A DNA stretch of 61,802 bases, filler included, from Catajapyx aquilonaris (taxonomy: Eukaryota): the NCBI GenBank assembly GCA_000934665.2. It is 2 parts of 2 records of this genome, joined end to end, with 100 filler letters (N's around TTAATTAATTAA, not from the genome) between each part and the next. Parts side by side here need not be neighbours in the genome. Positions count along the whole stretch, not along the records: positions 1 to 30,876 come from KZ539181.1; 1 more part is not named here. One strand, 5' to 3'. Of this stretch, positions 1 through 16,470 are shown piece after piece (position 1 is the stretch's first letter; each line of letters starts with the position of its first letter). Below the pieces are notes generated by a model. That model was not told the origin of the DNA, did not search any database, and worked only from the letters and a program-made list of their open reading frames with translations. Made by a program: the position numbers and the translations under genes.

Positions 1-1189
1 CCCCCAGCCCCACCCCTCCAGTTGCCCTATCTCACGACCGATAAGTCCGGGCAGAGATTGAGGGAAATATTCAGCTCCATCCTTAATGCTACCTGCCAGT
101 CAAGGTGGCCAGGTGGCGACAAAATGGCGCCTCTGATTTTTTAATATGTGGTCGCTTCCTTATTTTTTGCGCTCTCCAGCAGCAGCATGTGACGTGGAGC
201 ATAAAAAATGTAAACAAGCCAACCTCCCACCCACCCACTCCAAGATGGAGGATGCCTTTTCCCGCCATACACAAACCCCCCTACACCAGCACCACCGCCG
301 CCGCCGCCGCCCACCCCTCCCGCACACACGCACACACTAACCCTATTAGTTTTTTCTGCATGTACTTTGGAACTGTTCCTAAAGCCTGCACATTTTTCCC
401 TTGGCTGGTGGCCTCTTCGACCTTTCCTATCTCCCCCCCTCCAAGATAGATAAGGGCCGGCAAGAGATATTCCCAGAAAATATTCTAGTAGCTTGCAAAA
501 TGGGGTGCCCCTCTACTGCTCCCCCACCCCTGTCTACGTCACAGGGCACCTGCGACAGGTGTTGTCACACAGGCGTGCCAATAGGTATGTCCCAGGCAGG
601 TAGGGGTGTCACGTGGGGCCCTGTGGGGGTGTCCTGGTGACGTAGGGGGCCCCATGCTGCCTGTCTAATTAGTCAAGGTGACCAGGTGAGGGGCCAGGTG
701 GGTGCCCAGGTGTGTCCAGGGGGTGGTGGGGGTGGCCACAGGCCCTCTGGGGGACTCCAACTCACGCTCTGGCCCTTTTTTCACCGCTCTACTGATATGG
801 CACGCGCCCAGGCGTGTGCCGGCAATTAGTAACCAATTAGTAGAGGGCAGGGGTCAACTGATAAGGGCAGCAGTCCACTGATAAGGGCATATCTCATAGA
901 TAGCTGCAGTTTACATGAGCCAGTCTCGCCAGTCCCGACCAATCACAGCGCAGCTTCAGATTTTCTCGACCAATCAGAGACAAGCCCAGGGTGACTTGCA
1001 CATGTAGTCGAATTTTCTGGTGTCAGACACCCACTATCAACCTACTTTAATTTTAGTGGGGATTTTCCAATTGAATGTGGGTGTCGCATAGACTGTAACA
1101 ACAAGACGCAACTTGTTACAAAAAAAGTATTGCACTCTGGTATTATTTTTGTGTGTAATTATAGGAGACAATGACACACACACACACCC

Positions 1190-1430
1190 AGGCGCGCATT
1201 CCTATCCTTGTGAGGTTTTCCCAAAATTTAAAATTTAAAACTAACCTAACCTAACCTAACCTAACCTAACCTACGGAAACACACGAAATTTTGGTGAAAT
1301 ATATTTTTACTGTCTTTATGAGGTATCGTTTCGATTTTACCCTATCCTTGTGAGGCGTATGTTCACTATGAGGTACAGGAAAACTACCTCGTAATGACAA
1401 AATTCCTCACAAGGATAGCAAGACGCGTCC
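1190..1430. mobile_element. Small inverted-repeat element carrying (TAACC)n
   Basis: CTATCCTTGTGAGG near 1202 is inverted as CCTCACAAGGATAG near 1404; (CTAAC)x6 lies at 1241-1272. Confidence 0.5.
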
Positions 1431-1494
1431 AATGAGGATGGCACAATATTTTCAAACTTCTCCTTTTACCCTTGACTCTGGTAAAGATATTGGG

Positions 1495-1725
1495 GGATGT
1501 AGACAATCTTCCTGTCCTACGAGTCGTACACCATGCCAGCATTCGCACTGAAGATATATAGGAGGATTAACTGTCCAATCTAAAATATCACCCCATTCTC
1601 TCCCAGATTGCGGAGGCTGCAGCAATAAAATCAGACGTCTATTCATTACTGTACGATATTCACATCACTCCGTGTCTTACCTTGAACCTGAGATGTCCAA
1701 CGGGAGGGTGATGCACAAAAAGTGA
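1495..1725 (-). pseudogene. Carboxylesterase paralog fragment (remnants of exons 1-2)
   Basis: Minus strand reads PPVGHLRFK|gtaag, then after an intron PPQSGREWGDILDWTVNPPIYLQC...VGQEDCL. This parallels PPVGNLRFQ / PPKTFKEWNGILDGTSQPPMCIQC...GQEDCL of the gene at 4016. No further exons seen. Confidence 0.75.
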
Positions 1726-2443
1726 TTTGAAGTACACGGCAGGATTCAGATTATTGATATCATTACTGTTTCGGTGAATTTGCATACTTTGGCCTTATTC
1801 TCCTTGCCTTTTTAGAGTATAGTTGTTACCCATGTAATCCATTCCCTCAATGATTTATTGAAAGTAGGGTAATTAAGAGCGAGGATAAAATCAGTGTACG
1901 CAGAATATTCAACTGCACGGATATCATTTCTGAAACACAGACGTGCTAAATGTGAACAGTTCAGGGCCGTACGCAGGATTTTTGTTCGGAGGGTTCGAAG
2001 ACTGATGATGGATCAGGGGTTTTACAAAGTCATAGGGCCACTTGCAAAAAGCGGTTGGAATTTCGTGTCTGTTTTATTCAAAAACTGGAAAAGTTACAAA
2101 GGTGACTTTTACAGGGCGTTGAAGCTCTGTCGATGTACATTTGTTGAGGTATGCAGATTTAACAAAAGTCACAACAGGAAGGGAGAGAAACAAAACACGA
2201 ATGACATCCCCCCCAGTCCCCACGTTTAACCAAATGTGTCCCACCCTTTTCATTAGAAAACGAAACCAGTTACAGATATGGGCTTGACTGGGTTTTGAAT
2301 CTCTATCGAGGCAACTTTTTGTGGTATACAGATGGACCAATAATTACGTGAAGGAGTGAGGGGGGGGAGAGAGAGAGAGAGGAGAAAAACGACAAACCAC
2401 CCTGGGGCACTGCTTTAAAAATAATAGGATGAGTGTATACGTA

Positions 2444-2727
2444 CAGTGGGCTGGACAAAATAATGGAAACCTACCATTACAATTTCTTTATTAATATGGT
2501 GTTGCACCACATTTTTCCTTCAGTGCAGCCCCAGGTCCTTTTTGGAATACAAACCATGGAAACAAGCTATGCAGTACATATACCTCGACAAAATAACGCA
2601 CATCGACAGAGCTTCATCCCCCTGTACAAGTCATCTTTGTAACTTTTCGGGTTTTAGAATAAGCCAGAGGCGAAATTTTAATCGCTTTTTGTAGGGGGCC
2701 CTATTACTGTATTTTGTCCAACCCCTG
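2444..2727. mobile_element. Tc1/mariner-type MITE
   Basis: TA|CAGTGGGCTGGACAAAATA ... TATTTTGTCCAACCCCTG|TA; related to the element at 22091-22301. Confidence 0.6.
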
Positions 2728-4015
2728 TATTTGCGGCCTTGTAACAGTTGGTAGATTTATCCTTCACCTAGCGGACAAGACTCCACGTTCTAGTATTTGA
2801 AGAGTGCACTACAGTTGCATCAAGTTTCGCTTGTGACAGTAACCAAGATAAGGACAAGAAGCGCTAAATGCCAAGAGGATGGTATTTTCTCTCGTCACTA
2901 ATCGGATCACTATACACTACACTGCTGTGTTAGGACTTAGGAGAATATATTGCCCGACACAGTCATGTAGGCCTATACTACGATTATATTCAACTCCACA
3001 CTAATTGCGCCGAAACAGGAGTTTTATATAGTTTTGTATGAACCGTATGAACTCATAAACGTCACATATGGACAGTGATCATTTTGTAAAAGGGAAAAAT
3101 GACTGACCACTGTCTTCCAGTTGGGCCACCTTGCAGTAGTGTATATCGTCCACAAAATAACGAGTTATATCATGTCTTTAAAACAGTCAGAAAGTAGCCC
3201 GTTTTAATGAAACAATTTTTCTTAGGGTGTATGTAGTTATTATTTTACTGATTATTATTTATCCACTGCGTCTGAGGTGTATAGACCTACAATGCAATAC
3301 GATGGCCATGCATTTATCCCCGACTATGCCGACATCTCAAACGATGTATCGCGAGCTTGATGCTATAAAAGGCGCACCATTTTGTGGAGAAACAATATTA
3401 TTTCAGCTGGTAATTGAGAGAGTGTGTAATTTCTCCACCACCTAGGGTCCCAGCACTCCCAGGCCTACAACATGTAGCCCCGGTCAGGCCACGGTTCAAT
3501 CGCAGAGGCTGATCTTCAGCAATTATTATTGACACCAGTCAGAAGGGACTCTGTTACTTATTTGCATGCATTAAACATGCTACAAAATGCGCGACTGTGG
3601 GGCAGTAATGCATGAAATTGTACTAGGCCTACATTAAAAATAATTATATTGTACAATTTTTGATTAAAAGGAAACGTTGAATACTCTTCTTTGCAGTGAC
3701 GTAATCGCGTAGTACAGATAATATTGCGTGATAAATTGATTTTCAGATTTATGATTTTAACCGGACCCTGACACCATAATCTCATCACTTAACTGATTTT
3801 CCATCCGGTAAGAGACAAACACAAGTTTTCCCAACAAGGTCACATTAATGGATGTGATTAAACGATAAGTGCTTATGTAACAAGGTGAAAGCTCCGTTGC
3901 CATTGTATTGTCCGTCATTGGCACCAATCCAATATCGAGATAACTAATCCTATTCTCGGTTAGTGTAAAAGCCTTGTGATATTTTTATCAGTCTGTTGTG
4001 ATCGTTCCTGCAGGC

Positions 4016-6577
<2,562 letters not shown>

Positions 6578-8984
6578 AAAAAATGTGTGCGAAATTGGTG
6601 TGAACCCTTCTTTTGTCGCTGCAGAATGTAATGAAACACGAGATTTTAATAAGTGATAAAATAAATACATTTGATATGATAATGATAACATTTATAATTC
6701 AAACGGCTATGTAATGTGTTTTTGTGTTTAAGCACTTGTTTGGATTTACTCATGCACAAACTGCCCTTACACAGAACTGACTTCTAAACTTTAATTGATT
6801 CGGATTCTTCATTTAGATTCTTCATACATTTTCATCCTGGTTGCTCATCTGGTTGAATTGCTGTGAATAGAAGATTGTAATGCAGGGAAAACAAGTCGCT
6901 TTGCTTTTGTTCTTGCGGCCGGAAGGAAAACTATACAGTACTGAATTTCTGGGTATGTGTTGTATCATGTGAAGTTGGTTCGATTGTATTACAAATACCA
7001 TGAAGTTTATAAAATTCATACACACATTTATGGGATTATTTAAAATTCTCCGTACTTGTTGTGCATGGAATATACGCTGCAATTTTCCTGCACTTGAAAG
7101 ACTGTTACAGAAGGTGATCATAGAGTATAATTTCATTTTAAAAAGACAATAGTCAGTAAGATTTTGACTCCAATTCATATGACATCTCAGGGTAAAAAAG
7201 AAGGTTTCTTTGTGACGTGTTCAGAGTTTAGATTGGCTCTTGGGCTGAGTTTTGTAAGTCCTAAAGGGACCCTATGCCTTACATTTGAGACGGCCTGGCA
7301 GGTGTATCCAAGTTCATTTTTCTCATATAAGGATTATTATTCAAAGATTATAAAAATATTTCATTCCATCAGGGCCATTCCACGGTAGCGGAGCGGACAA
7401 AAGATCTTGATTTTTTTTTTCCAAATCTGGATTTTGTAGATATAAAGGCGTTTTTTTAACGTAATGTAACATTCCAATGGCAGCATTGTCATGATTTATG
7501 AAACTTCGGAAGTGGATAATTTATGCTGAATGGCTCCCAGGTGGCAGAACCACCCATAACTCATTTTCGACCAATAGTGGACTTATCCGGTTTTTGCACC
7601 AAGCCCTTCAATTTATATAAAACTACCTCCAGAGTTAATGTAACCACTATTTACATATGAATATCAATGTAGGCATTTGTCCGATCCCAAAGCTGTCCCA
7701 TAATAATGGGACGTCTATGAAGCAAAAACCTTGCCAACGGAACTTGCTGAAGGAAAAAAAACGTGATTTGAACATGAACTTCGAATGGTTCCACACCCAA
7801 TTTGTAGTTCAAAATTAAACATTAGACTTCTTAATCTAACGTTACTATTGTATGGGGTACGACCATTGATCAAACATTGGTTAAGAACCCCTGGTCTGCA
7901 TAGTATGCGATGACACATTTTGGTTATCCGCAAGTCTGTTGAGAAGTTCTGAGTTGGGGATCAGCAGAGTTGGTGTTGAGGTCGCGTCCCACTTGGACAA
8001 GCGTTAAATACTCCCGCATTACGTGTTATAATCGGTTGCTATTCAGTTGCACCTTATAAAACCAAGGAACAGTATACTTGAGTTATTTTCCAAAGTTGAC
8101 TGTCAGTGTTTTCCGTCCGAGTTTCCGTCTCAACGCACGATCCACCGACACCTTCCTGTAAGGGGTAAGCAGAGCTCGTTTTTTTGTTTGTTTGTTTAGA
8201 CCGTGTTTCTTAGAACAACACAGTGTGTTGTAGGTGCGTGACGTGCGTGTAGAGCTGAACATTATATAATTATGTGGCGACAGATCCAGCATTGGTTACC
8301 CAACTGGCTCAAGTACGGAAGCCCTGATGAGTCACGACACACAACACTACCACTACACCCATATAGTCGATGTTACGTGCGCCCCTTTTGATGGTGTTGC
8401 ATTTGGACTCAAACTGATTGCGAGATTTCTGGGGACAGATTCAGCCCAGTTTTCGGAGTCGTACAGTGTTGGACATTATTGAGGCATACTGCCAGCGACA
8501 TTTTCCGAAGAGGCAGAAGAAGGAATCTTGCTAGCAAATGCCTCGATTTATGTCCAACATTGGTACTGCTTGACCTGTTATTTTTTGAGTCATGATACAT
8601 GTACTTTCTTCCGACTGTTGTGTGGTGTGTGAAGGTTAAACCCACATAGTGCAAGAGTCTTGCGTTTACTTCCGTTTGGGGTAACCTTGTAAGTGGATGG
8701 ACTCTTGTGGCGGATGAAAAGACCTTTTGTAGCGTGGACCACGATTATCGGTATCCCGTTCTGCAATTCTACGTGGATCCACTTGATGTCGACGAGCCTC
8801 TTTTCATCGTTGACTGTCGTCGATGTTACGAGACCTTTCCGTGCCAATCTTAGGCCAGATTATTGGAACCGTCAAGTGCAACGGAAAGACTCTGTTTCAT
8901 GGTTAGTGAAATGTGCCGTTATGGTAACCCCACGAACACATATACATGATTATCCTGAGTGTGATAATTACTGTCTAGTTCAGG

Positions 8985-9810
8985 GAACCACCCTGCACTT
9001 CCCTGGGCTGAAAAACAAAAAACCACGCATTGGCATGGAAGAGACTTTGATTATGAGGTCAGCAGACAGCTTCACTTGCCTTTTCTGCCTCAGTCTCTCA
9101 CTTCTGCTTACCACAAGCAAGTCACAGCTAGACCACACCTGAATCATGATTTTGAGTCGTGTAATGGTCATGAGATTGCCTGGCTTGGAGATAGAGAGGG
9201 TTCTTCTGCTTGTATACCTTTAAAGCCATGGAGCAGACCACTCTGCACTTCCCTGGGCTGGAAAACAAGAGGTCACGCATTGGAATGGAAGAGACTTTGA
9301 TTATGATGTCAGCAGACAGCTTCACTTGGCTTTTCTGCCTCAGTCTCTCACTTCTGCTTACCACAAGCAAGTCACAGACCCCACCTGAATCATGATTTTG
9401 AGTCGTGTAATGGTCCTGACATTGCCTGGCTTGGGGATAGGGAGGGTTCTTCTGCTTGTATACCCTTAAACCCATGGAGCAGACCACTCTGCACTTCCCT
9501 GGGCTGGAAAACAAGAGGTCACGCATTGGTATGGAAGACACTTTGATTATGATGTCAGCAGACAACTTCACTTGCCTTTTCTGCCTCAGTCTCTCACTTC
9601 AGCTGACCACAAGCAGGTTACAGACCTCACCTGTATCATGATTTTGAGTCGTGTAATGGTCCTGACATTGCCGGGCTTCGAGAGGGAGAGGCTTCTTCTG
9701 CTTGTATACCCTTAAACCCATGGAGCAGACCACTCTGCACTTCCCTGGGCTGGAAAACAAGAGGTCACGCATTGGTATGGAAGACACTATGATTATGATG
9801 TCAGCAGACA
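8985..9810. repeat. Tandem repeat, 246-250 bp unit, about 3.3 copies
   Basis: CTGCACTTCCCTGGGCTG recurs at about 8993, 9243, 9489 and 9735; the duplicated short ORFs in the track reflect this. Confidence 0.9.
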
Positions 9811-10689
9811 GAAAGTAGCAAGAAAATGAGCAGTCTACTCTAAAGGCTCATACTGGGATGTTACCTCAGTTTTGTCAGTACTGTGGCTCTCTCGTCTTGT
9901 GTCACCACGACTATGGAGGAAGAAATTATTCAAATAAAATATAACATTGCTCTTAAATGAAGCAGTTCTCCATACCGTATAATTATAATCTGCACCTAAT
10001 ACTTCCCCCGGCTTACCGTTTTAGCCAGTGCCAGTGCGAAACGAAGGCAGAGAGAGCGTTGAATGTGAGGCCCGATTGTCGCAGCCGCTAATCTTCTCTC
10101 CGTACTTATCCCTATCTTCTCGGAGAGAAAAACTAATCCCAATGGCTCTCCTGCCTGTCCGCCATACACAAAGTATCCACCGCCGCTGAACGGATTGTTT
10201 GGCTTCTGATATATCGCCGCCATCTTCCCTGAAATAAATAGTGAGTCGATTGATTTCACTTACTCTATGTGCGCCGCAATCGCACACGTTGATCGTGACG
10301 TCACATGCGAAGTGATGCTCCCCTTCATGCCAGTTAAGACACGTGCCTGCTGGCTTAGGTAGGCAGTGAGTGCGAGGGACGTACATGTAGCTGTGTTGGG
10401 GGGTATCATGCAGCAACATATCCGACAGTGGTAGCAGCAGTCTTGGATGCGCTTGGATGGGCCCGCTTCAGGCACCACAGCCCGCACCGTACGGACAAGG
10501 CCCCATGCTTCCCGCCCTTACTTCCGCCAATGTCCGGTGAATAAGTCCCCCCCACCCCCCACCCCCTTTCCCCGGAATAAAAGCGAACGCAACCCTCGCA
10601 CGTGTCGCAGTGACGCCCCCATAGGGTCTTTGATTGACACCTGAGTCTCTTGAATAAAACCCCAAATTAACCTTCGTCTTCCACCGAAC

Positions 10690-10771
10690 GGTAGTGTGGC
10701 CGAGTGGTCTAAGGCGCTGGGTTTAGGCTCCAGTCTCTTCGGAGGCGAGGGTTCGAATCCCTCCACTGCCA
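10690..10771 (+). tRNA. tRNA-Leu (anticodon TAG)
   Basis: 82 nt, GGTAGTG...CACTGCC-A acceptor stem, A box TGGCCGAGTGG, anticodon arm CTGGG-TTTAGGC-TCCAG, long variable arm, B box GGTTCGAATCC, oligo-T Pol III terminator immediately downstream. Confidence 0.95.
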
Positions 10772-11470
10772 AACTTTTTTTTTTCTTTTCTTTTCTTTTT
10801 TAAATAATTTGAAGTGATTGGAATATTGGTCATTGCATTGAAATTTATAATTCATGACAAAGAGTAGGCTCAAGTGGTGTCCCATTCGTGCCATAACGAC
10901 TTTCATTTCATCCCTCAGGAAAGCTCCTGAAAAAGGTAAATACTATTAGGAATAATTGTCATTCATGTACTAGTTTCCTAACAAATACAGTAGTATCATT
11001 TAATGATGGACAATCCTGATTAGGTTTTAGTTCTCTTACAAATATATTGAAATTTGTTGTGAATAAATAATTGTTACATTTTTTTTGTTTTTGTTTTTTT
11101 TGTGTGTGTTTTTTTTTAGTGGGCCCAACGACTACGGGGCAATTGATCAGCTTGCACCATGGCTTGCACCCACACCTTGCTTAAACACCACCACGGCCAA
11201 TGCTGATGCTCAAGTGAATCGCTCCTTGAGGGAGGTTCTTCACGAGTACAAGGATCTTTTTCTGCATCCAAAGTTTTGCAGGAATGGTTAGCATTTTCTT
11301 CTCTTCATTGAGTTTGATGGGGAGAAAACAGAGTCCTCCATGAGGCAGAAACATAGTGACCAAGTACAGTGTAAGATACAGGTAAAATATTTAGCGGGTA
11401 ACATGCGATGATGCGATGATCAGAACTGATAGTCACAGTGGGCAATGAGGTATTTATTTGTATCCTCATA

Positions 11471-12134
11471 TGAGGGGGTGAAAATCAAAAACCGACAGCT
11501 CCGTCATAAACGTAACGGAGAAAAACGAGAAAAACCTACAGTTTCGCCGTATGTCAACGTAGACACCTGAATGTAGCGGCTATAGATTCCTTTACTAGCA
11601 ACTCAACCATTGGTAAGTTATTATGAAATCATCCGCCATAACCCCATGAGCTGTGGACCGTCCATTCCACCACTGGCCGGTTTTTGATTTGCAACAGGCT
11701 GGAGTTGGCGCTTTTTGATGCAAAATTGAGTGAGGGAAACATGAAACACAGGTTTATCCGGCGTGTAAATGTTTAAGTTTATTCCACGCTTACATACCAA
11801 CGTTCCATTACATTACGCAAGGTGTTCTGTTAAATGCTCATCTCATTCGCACCGTCGTTATCCGTACGAGCTTCGCAGTATGTACTGTCTCCCATGTCAG
11901 CTTTAGTTTCGTGGGAGCTGGCGGTTTTTTATCTGTGATTTTCTGCGAGTGGGGATGGAGCTGGCGGTTTTTGTTACAGAGGTCGCTTTTCACCCCTGAA
12001 TTTGACGGCTTCGTTGTAGGGTTTTAAATACCATATTCAGGTATTATGTACTCCATGGCATGAGGAATGCATTGCCGGCGCTAACTCATTTTTTTGGTTT
12101 TTGGAGCTGTCGGTTTTTGATTTTCACCCCCTCA
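11471..12134. mobile_element. Tc1/mariner-type MITE
   Basis: Perfect 32 bp TIR TGAGGGGGTGAAAATCAAAAACCGACAGCTCC with TA on both flanks. Confidence 0.85.
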
Positions 12135-12629
12135 TATACCTGATATGTAACCTAAATTTCAATTTGCATAGTCATGCTGCGAGGTTCAACAATTGCTGCT
12201 AACAAGACAGTACCGTGTAGTGGGGAAATTTTAAGCCACTAGTATCTAAGTATGGAAGTGGGATGCAGGAAAACACGCCTTTAGAAGGGATTAAAAGACA
12301 GGTTCCTTCTTTTGTGATAATAACTAAAATTAGCTTACATCACGCTTTCTAAGTTGTGACTTTCAATTTAGCACTCAGTCTTCTTCATGTTATGAGTGTT
12401 AAATATTCTGGTCAAGTTTGACTTGACCTGAGGCTTTCATAATTATAGTTTCATCAGAAAATTTTTTGCTTGCATATTTATCACACTCTTATTGACAGAC
12501 AAAGCAAAATATCTTTATGTAGTTTGTGTGGATGTTTTGCCAAGAACAGCACTGATCGTCACATACCCGTTCTATATGCTGTTTGCTGTATACCAGTATG
12601 TAGGGAGTTATTATGGAAAGACGGTATTG

Positions 12630-15003
12630 AGTACTCCAGTGTACTCTTTTCAGTCACCCTTGTATACCCCCTTGTATAGAACATTACAGTATTTAATGAA
12701 AAACCAGATTTATTGCTAGTGCTACTGTCGGATAATCGGGATTATACTGGACTGTCTGAGGGGAACTTGGAAATCTTGGAACCTATCTCACTTACTTCCA
12801 TTATCATTTTGTCTCGTTTTACGCTTTTTCACTTTACGCCGCGTTCTAAACCTGATGATAGTGGTAAACTGACTTCCACAAGTCTACAGGGTGAAGGAAT
12901 TTTCGCGCCCAATCGCCAGGTAGGCAACTGCACATGTTGACAATCCTTTATTCGAAATGCTTGGGACAGGCAATTTTTCGGATTTCGCAATAGTTTACTC
13001 TATACTGCATGTATATTCGAATCTAAACGTAAAATGGGACGGATTTGGGTTGGGATAAATGACCTAAAACATTTTCAGTATACCCTGTACGGGTAAATTT
13101 CTTAATAAAGGTTAACTTATACAGTCATAAACCCTGTAGCTGTAGGCAGTTTTATATACATTTTAAATGTTTTTTTTTATACATGCAGATGCAGGTAATG
13201 ACGCTATTCTTGTCACACTCGGAACATGGAAATTTTATTTGTGATGGATCATTTCATAACTTTTATAACCAGGATTGTCAGCATATGGATTCGATGGTCA
13301 TAACAACGATTCTTTTTCGCAAACCATTCCGGATGACTAACGGCAATGACTTTTTTCAGGATGTCAATCATTGTGGCTTTAATGGATGTCTTGTGCCTTT
13401 TTTGTGGGTAGACATACAGAAAAGTTTGTAACTGCTTTCTGACCACTGCACTGGCACGAAAATTTCACTCTGTGCCACCAGATTCCTGAAGTCCGAGTCA
13501 GATCAATTGACGGAGAAAGCACGGAAGAACATTAACAATTGCTCATCCCTGGAAATATTGTTTTCGTGGGGTTCACCAACGTGGAATCGCAGTCAGGGCA
13601 CGAAGGAAACCTATTCAGGCATTTTTGGGCCACGTAGCCCGCGATGTACTCCATAGTGTTTTTCTCCAGACCAGTCAAAGTCAATGAAGCATCCGTTTCT
13701 GCGATCTCCCTCAAATCGTTGTGCATGTCTTCCTCCTCCACCTCCTCTTCCATCACCTCCTCTTCACTGCCTCTTCATTCCATATTCTGGGGCTGCTGGA
13801 GTCCTGGCAAGGGGAGAGGTTGGCCCGAATCCAGGTGGGTAACGAGCATGATGTACTCGTCCAGTTCATAGAACTTTTGAAGTTTCTGGAGGCTACAGCA
13901 TGCGTCCACACATTGCGTGTTGCAGTGCACAGCGAAACTGGCTGGCGGATGGGTGGAGATTAAATTCCATTTGTCCCCTCAGGACTGAAAACACATGAAA
14001 AATGTAAAGATGTATTATGGAAAACATCTGATAAACCATAATTTTGGGGGAATGGAATGAAACATTTCCTAAGGTAGGAAGGTTTCTGAAATGTTTTATT
14101 ATTGCAGTCCAGGCACAGAGTCATGCATTACAGCAATCATCATGCGGTGATGCACATATCTGTCATATTATTTTCTTTTGATCTACATGATTTTGTCACC
14201 TGGACCTGGACAATTTTGATTAGGTTCTATTATCAGCTAAGGCAGCTTATGTGCGTTAAACACAGCTATTATGGTTTATCAGATGTTTTCCATAATACAT
14301 CTTTACATTTTTCATGTTTTTTCAGTCCTGAGGGGACAAGTGAAAGACTAGCGTCATTACCTGCATCTGCATGTATAAAAAAACATTTAAAATGTATATA
14401 AAACTGCCTACAGCTACAGGGTTTATGACTGAAAATGTTTTAGGCCATTTATCCCAACCCAAATCTGTCCCATTTTACGTTTAGATTATGACGTTAGAAA
14501 TGACGTTAGACATGCAGTATAGAGTAAACTATTGCGAAATCCGAAAAATTGCCTGTCCCAAGCATTTCGAATAAAGGATTGTCAGCATGTGCAGTTGCCT
14601 ACCTGGCGATTGGGCGCGAAAATTCCTTCACACTGTAGACTTGGAAGTCAGTTTACCTATCATCAGGTTTAGAACGCGGTCTTCCGACACTCACGTTACA
14701 GCTTTCAACGCCCTGTATGGTTCATTTGAGTCTACAGTTAGTACCCCGTTTTACGCCGTTAATTGGTTTCAGCAAAATGCGGCGTAAAGTGAAAAGGCGT
14801 AAAACGAGACAAAATTATAATGGAAGTAAGTGAGATAGGTTCCAAGATTTCCCAGTTCCCCTCAGACAGTCCAGTATAATCCCGATTATCCGACCTCTGA
14901 TTATCCGACAGTAGCACTAGCAATAAATCTGTTTTCTGATTAAATACTGTAATGTTCTATACAAGGGGGTAATCACTTGACTGAAAAGTGTACACTGGAG
15001 TAC
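12630..15003. repeat. Long nested inverted repeat (foldback-like)
   Basis: 12630-13206 is the reverse complement, with indels, of 14349-15003; an inner pair lies at 13973-14042 and 14268-14338. Confidence 0.85.
13249..13965 (-). pseudogene. P-element/THAP9-type transposase C-terminal remnant
   Basis: HPSASQFRCAL and EYIAGYVAQK...CPDC motifs typical of P-superfamily transposase C-termini, broken by stops and frameshifts. Confidence 0.7.
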
Positions 15004-16470
15004 CAAATTCAAGGAGTACCAAGGAGTAATAACGAGTGAGGTACCTGAGGAGTACCAGGGAGTACCACTCGCAGGTGTACACCGGAGTACCTACCGAAGT
15101 GGTTACCCCATTTGTTCTATACGCATTTGATTTGTGTTGTCGTAATCGCAAATACAGTACAATAGAGTGTGTATGTAAAAGATAAATATTTTCATATTTC
15201 TTATAAAACCCTATGTACATTATTTCGTGTTTTTTTGTTGTTTTGTTGTTTTTCCGTATAGTTTTCTTTAATCCTTGGATTATCCGACCTTTTCGGTTAT
15301 CCGGATGACGATGCCCCAGTCCTGTTGGTGATGGATAATCGGGGTTTTGCTGTACTTGAATTGCAGCGCTGTTTTTAATGCTGACTATTTGAAACATTTA
15401 TTATGCACATTTAATGGTTGAGGGTCATCGGGTTCTGAGGCCTCTTTTCCCTTTCTTTGGCAAGAATGGCAGTATACGTAGGGTATTTAACAGACTTCTG
15501 AGAGTGCCGAGACCAACAATACGGTACTGTATTTATCCACAGACCCCGCCACAAGGCACCTCGAAGCACAAAAACGAAGGGTCGTGTGTTTGGACTCAGA
15601 AGTGTTGCAGTGATGTGTTGTTATTGTCAAATTTTTCAAATTTTTCAATTATAAAAAATATTTAAATATCATTTTCAAACCGGCGTTAATGTGAAATGGC
15701 GTAAAATGGAACGGCGTAAAACGGGCACTTACTGTAATTGGTAACGCCATTTGGATTATGTAAGTGATGGATATTTGTAATGACTTATCTAGAATTCTAG
15801 ATGATTTATTGGTATTCCGTAAGACCAAGGAAAAGCATGGAACATTTGAGACGGGTTTTTCACATACCATGTGAGATAAATTGTACGCCAAGATATACAC
15901 ATGTGAGTTCGTGAGAAATGAAGCAGACCTAACAATTTTTGGGAATTACCATTTCAGATAAGGGCATTTGGTTGTTGATAAAAATATATAATTAATAAGT
16001 ATAATGCCAAAAACGTGAGATAATTATTGCCAATAGTTCGAGTTATGAAAACCTTTGAGTAAGAGATGTGAGAGGTGAGACGTGAGAAATTCCACAGTAA
16101 AATACACTCCATCTGTCAACTCATTGCCGGATACGTTTTTATAAAAGTCACAACTAAAAACAACGACTGTCATAGCAGATGTTTGGACCGGCTCATGGCA
16201 CTGGTATACTGATAGAGTGATAGTTAATACTATTCATAGAATTTTCTTCTACAGGCATGGATATACAGTACTGCATGTATATTTGGACCTATTCGTATAA
16301 TGGGACAGATTTCGGATGGGATAAATGCCTTTTACATTATCCGTATATCCATACATGTCTAATAGAGGTTATACCTTGGGTTACACATAAACCGACATAA
16401 ACCCTGTAGGTAGTTTCATATACATTTCTTAAATATACCGTCATTTATATGTGCAGATGCAGGTAACGAC

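Noticed and set aside
8000..8900. Possible LTR retrotransposon remnant
   Set aside because: Only a vague resemblance (SPSTYKV); no LTR pair, primer binding site or catalytic motif I can support.
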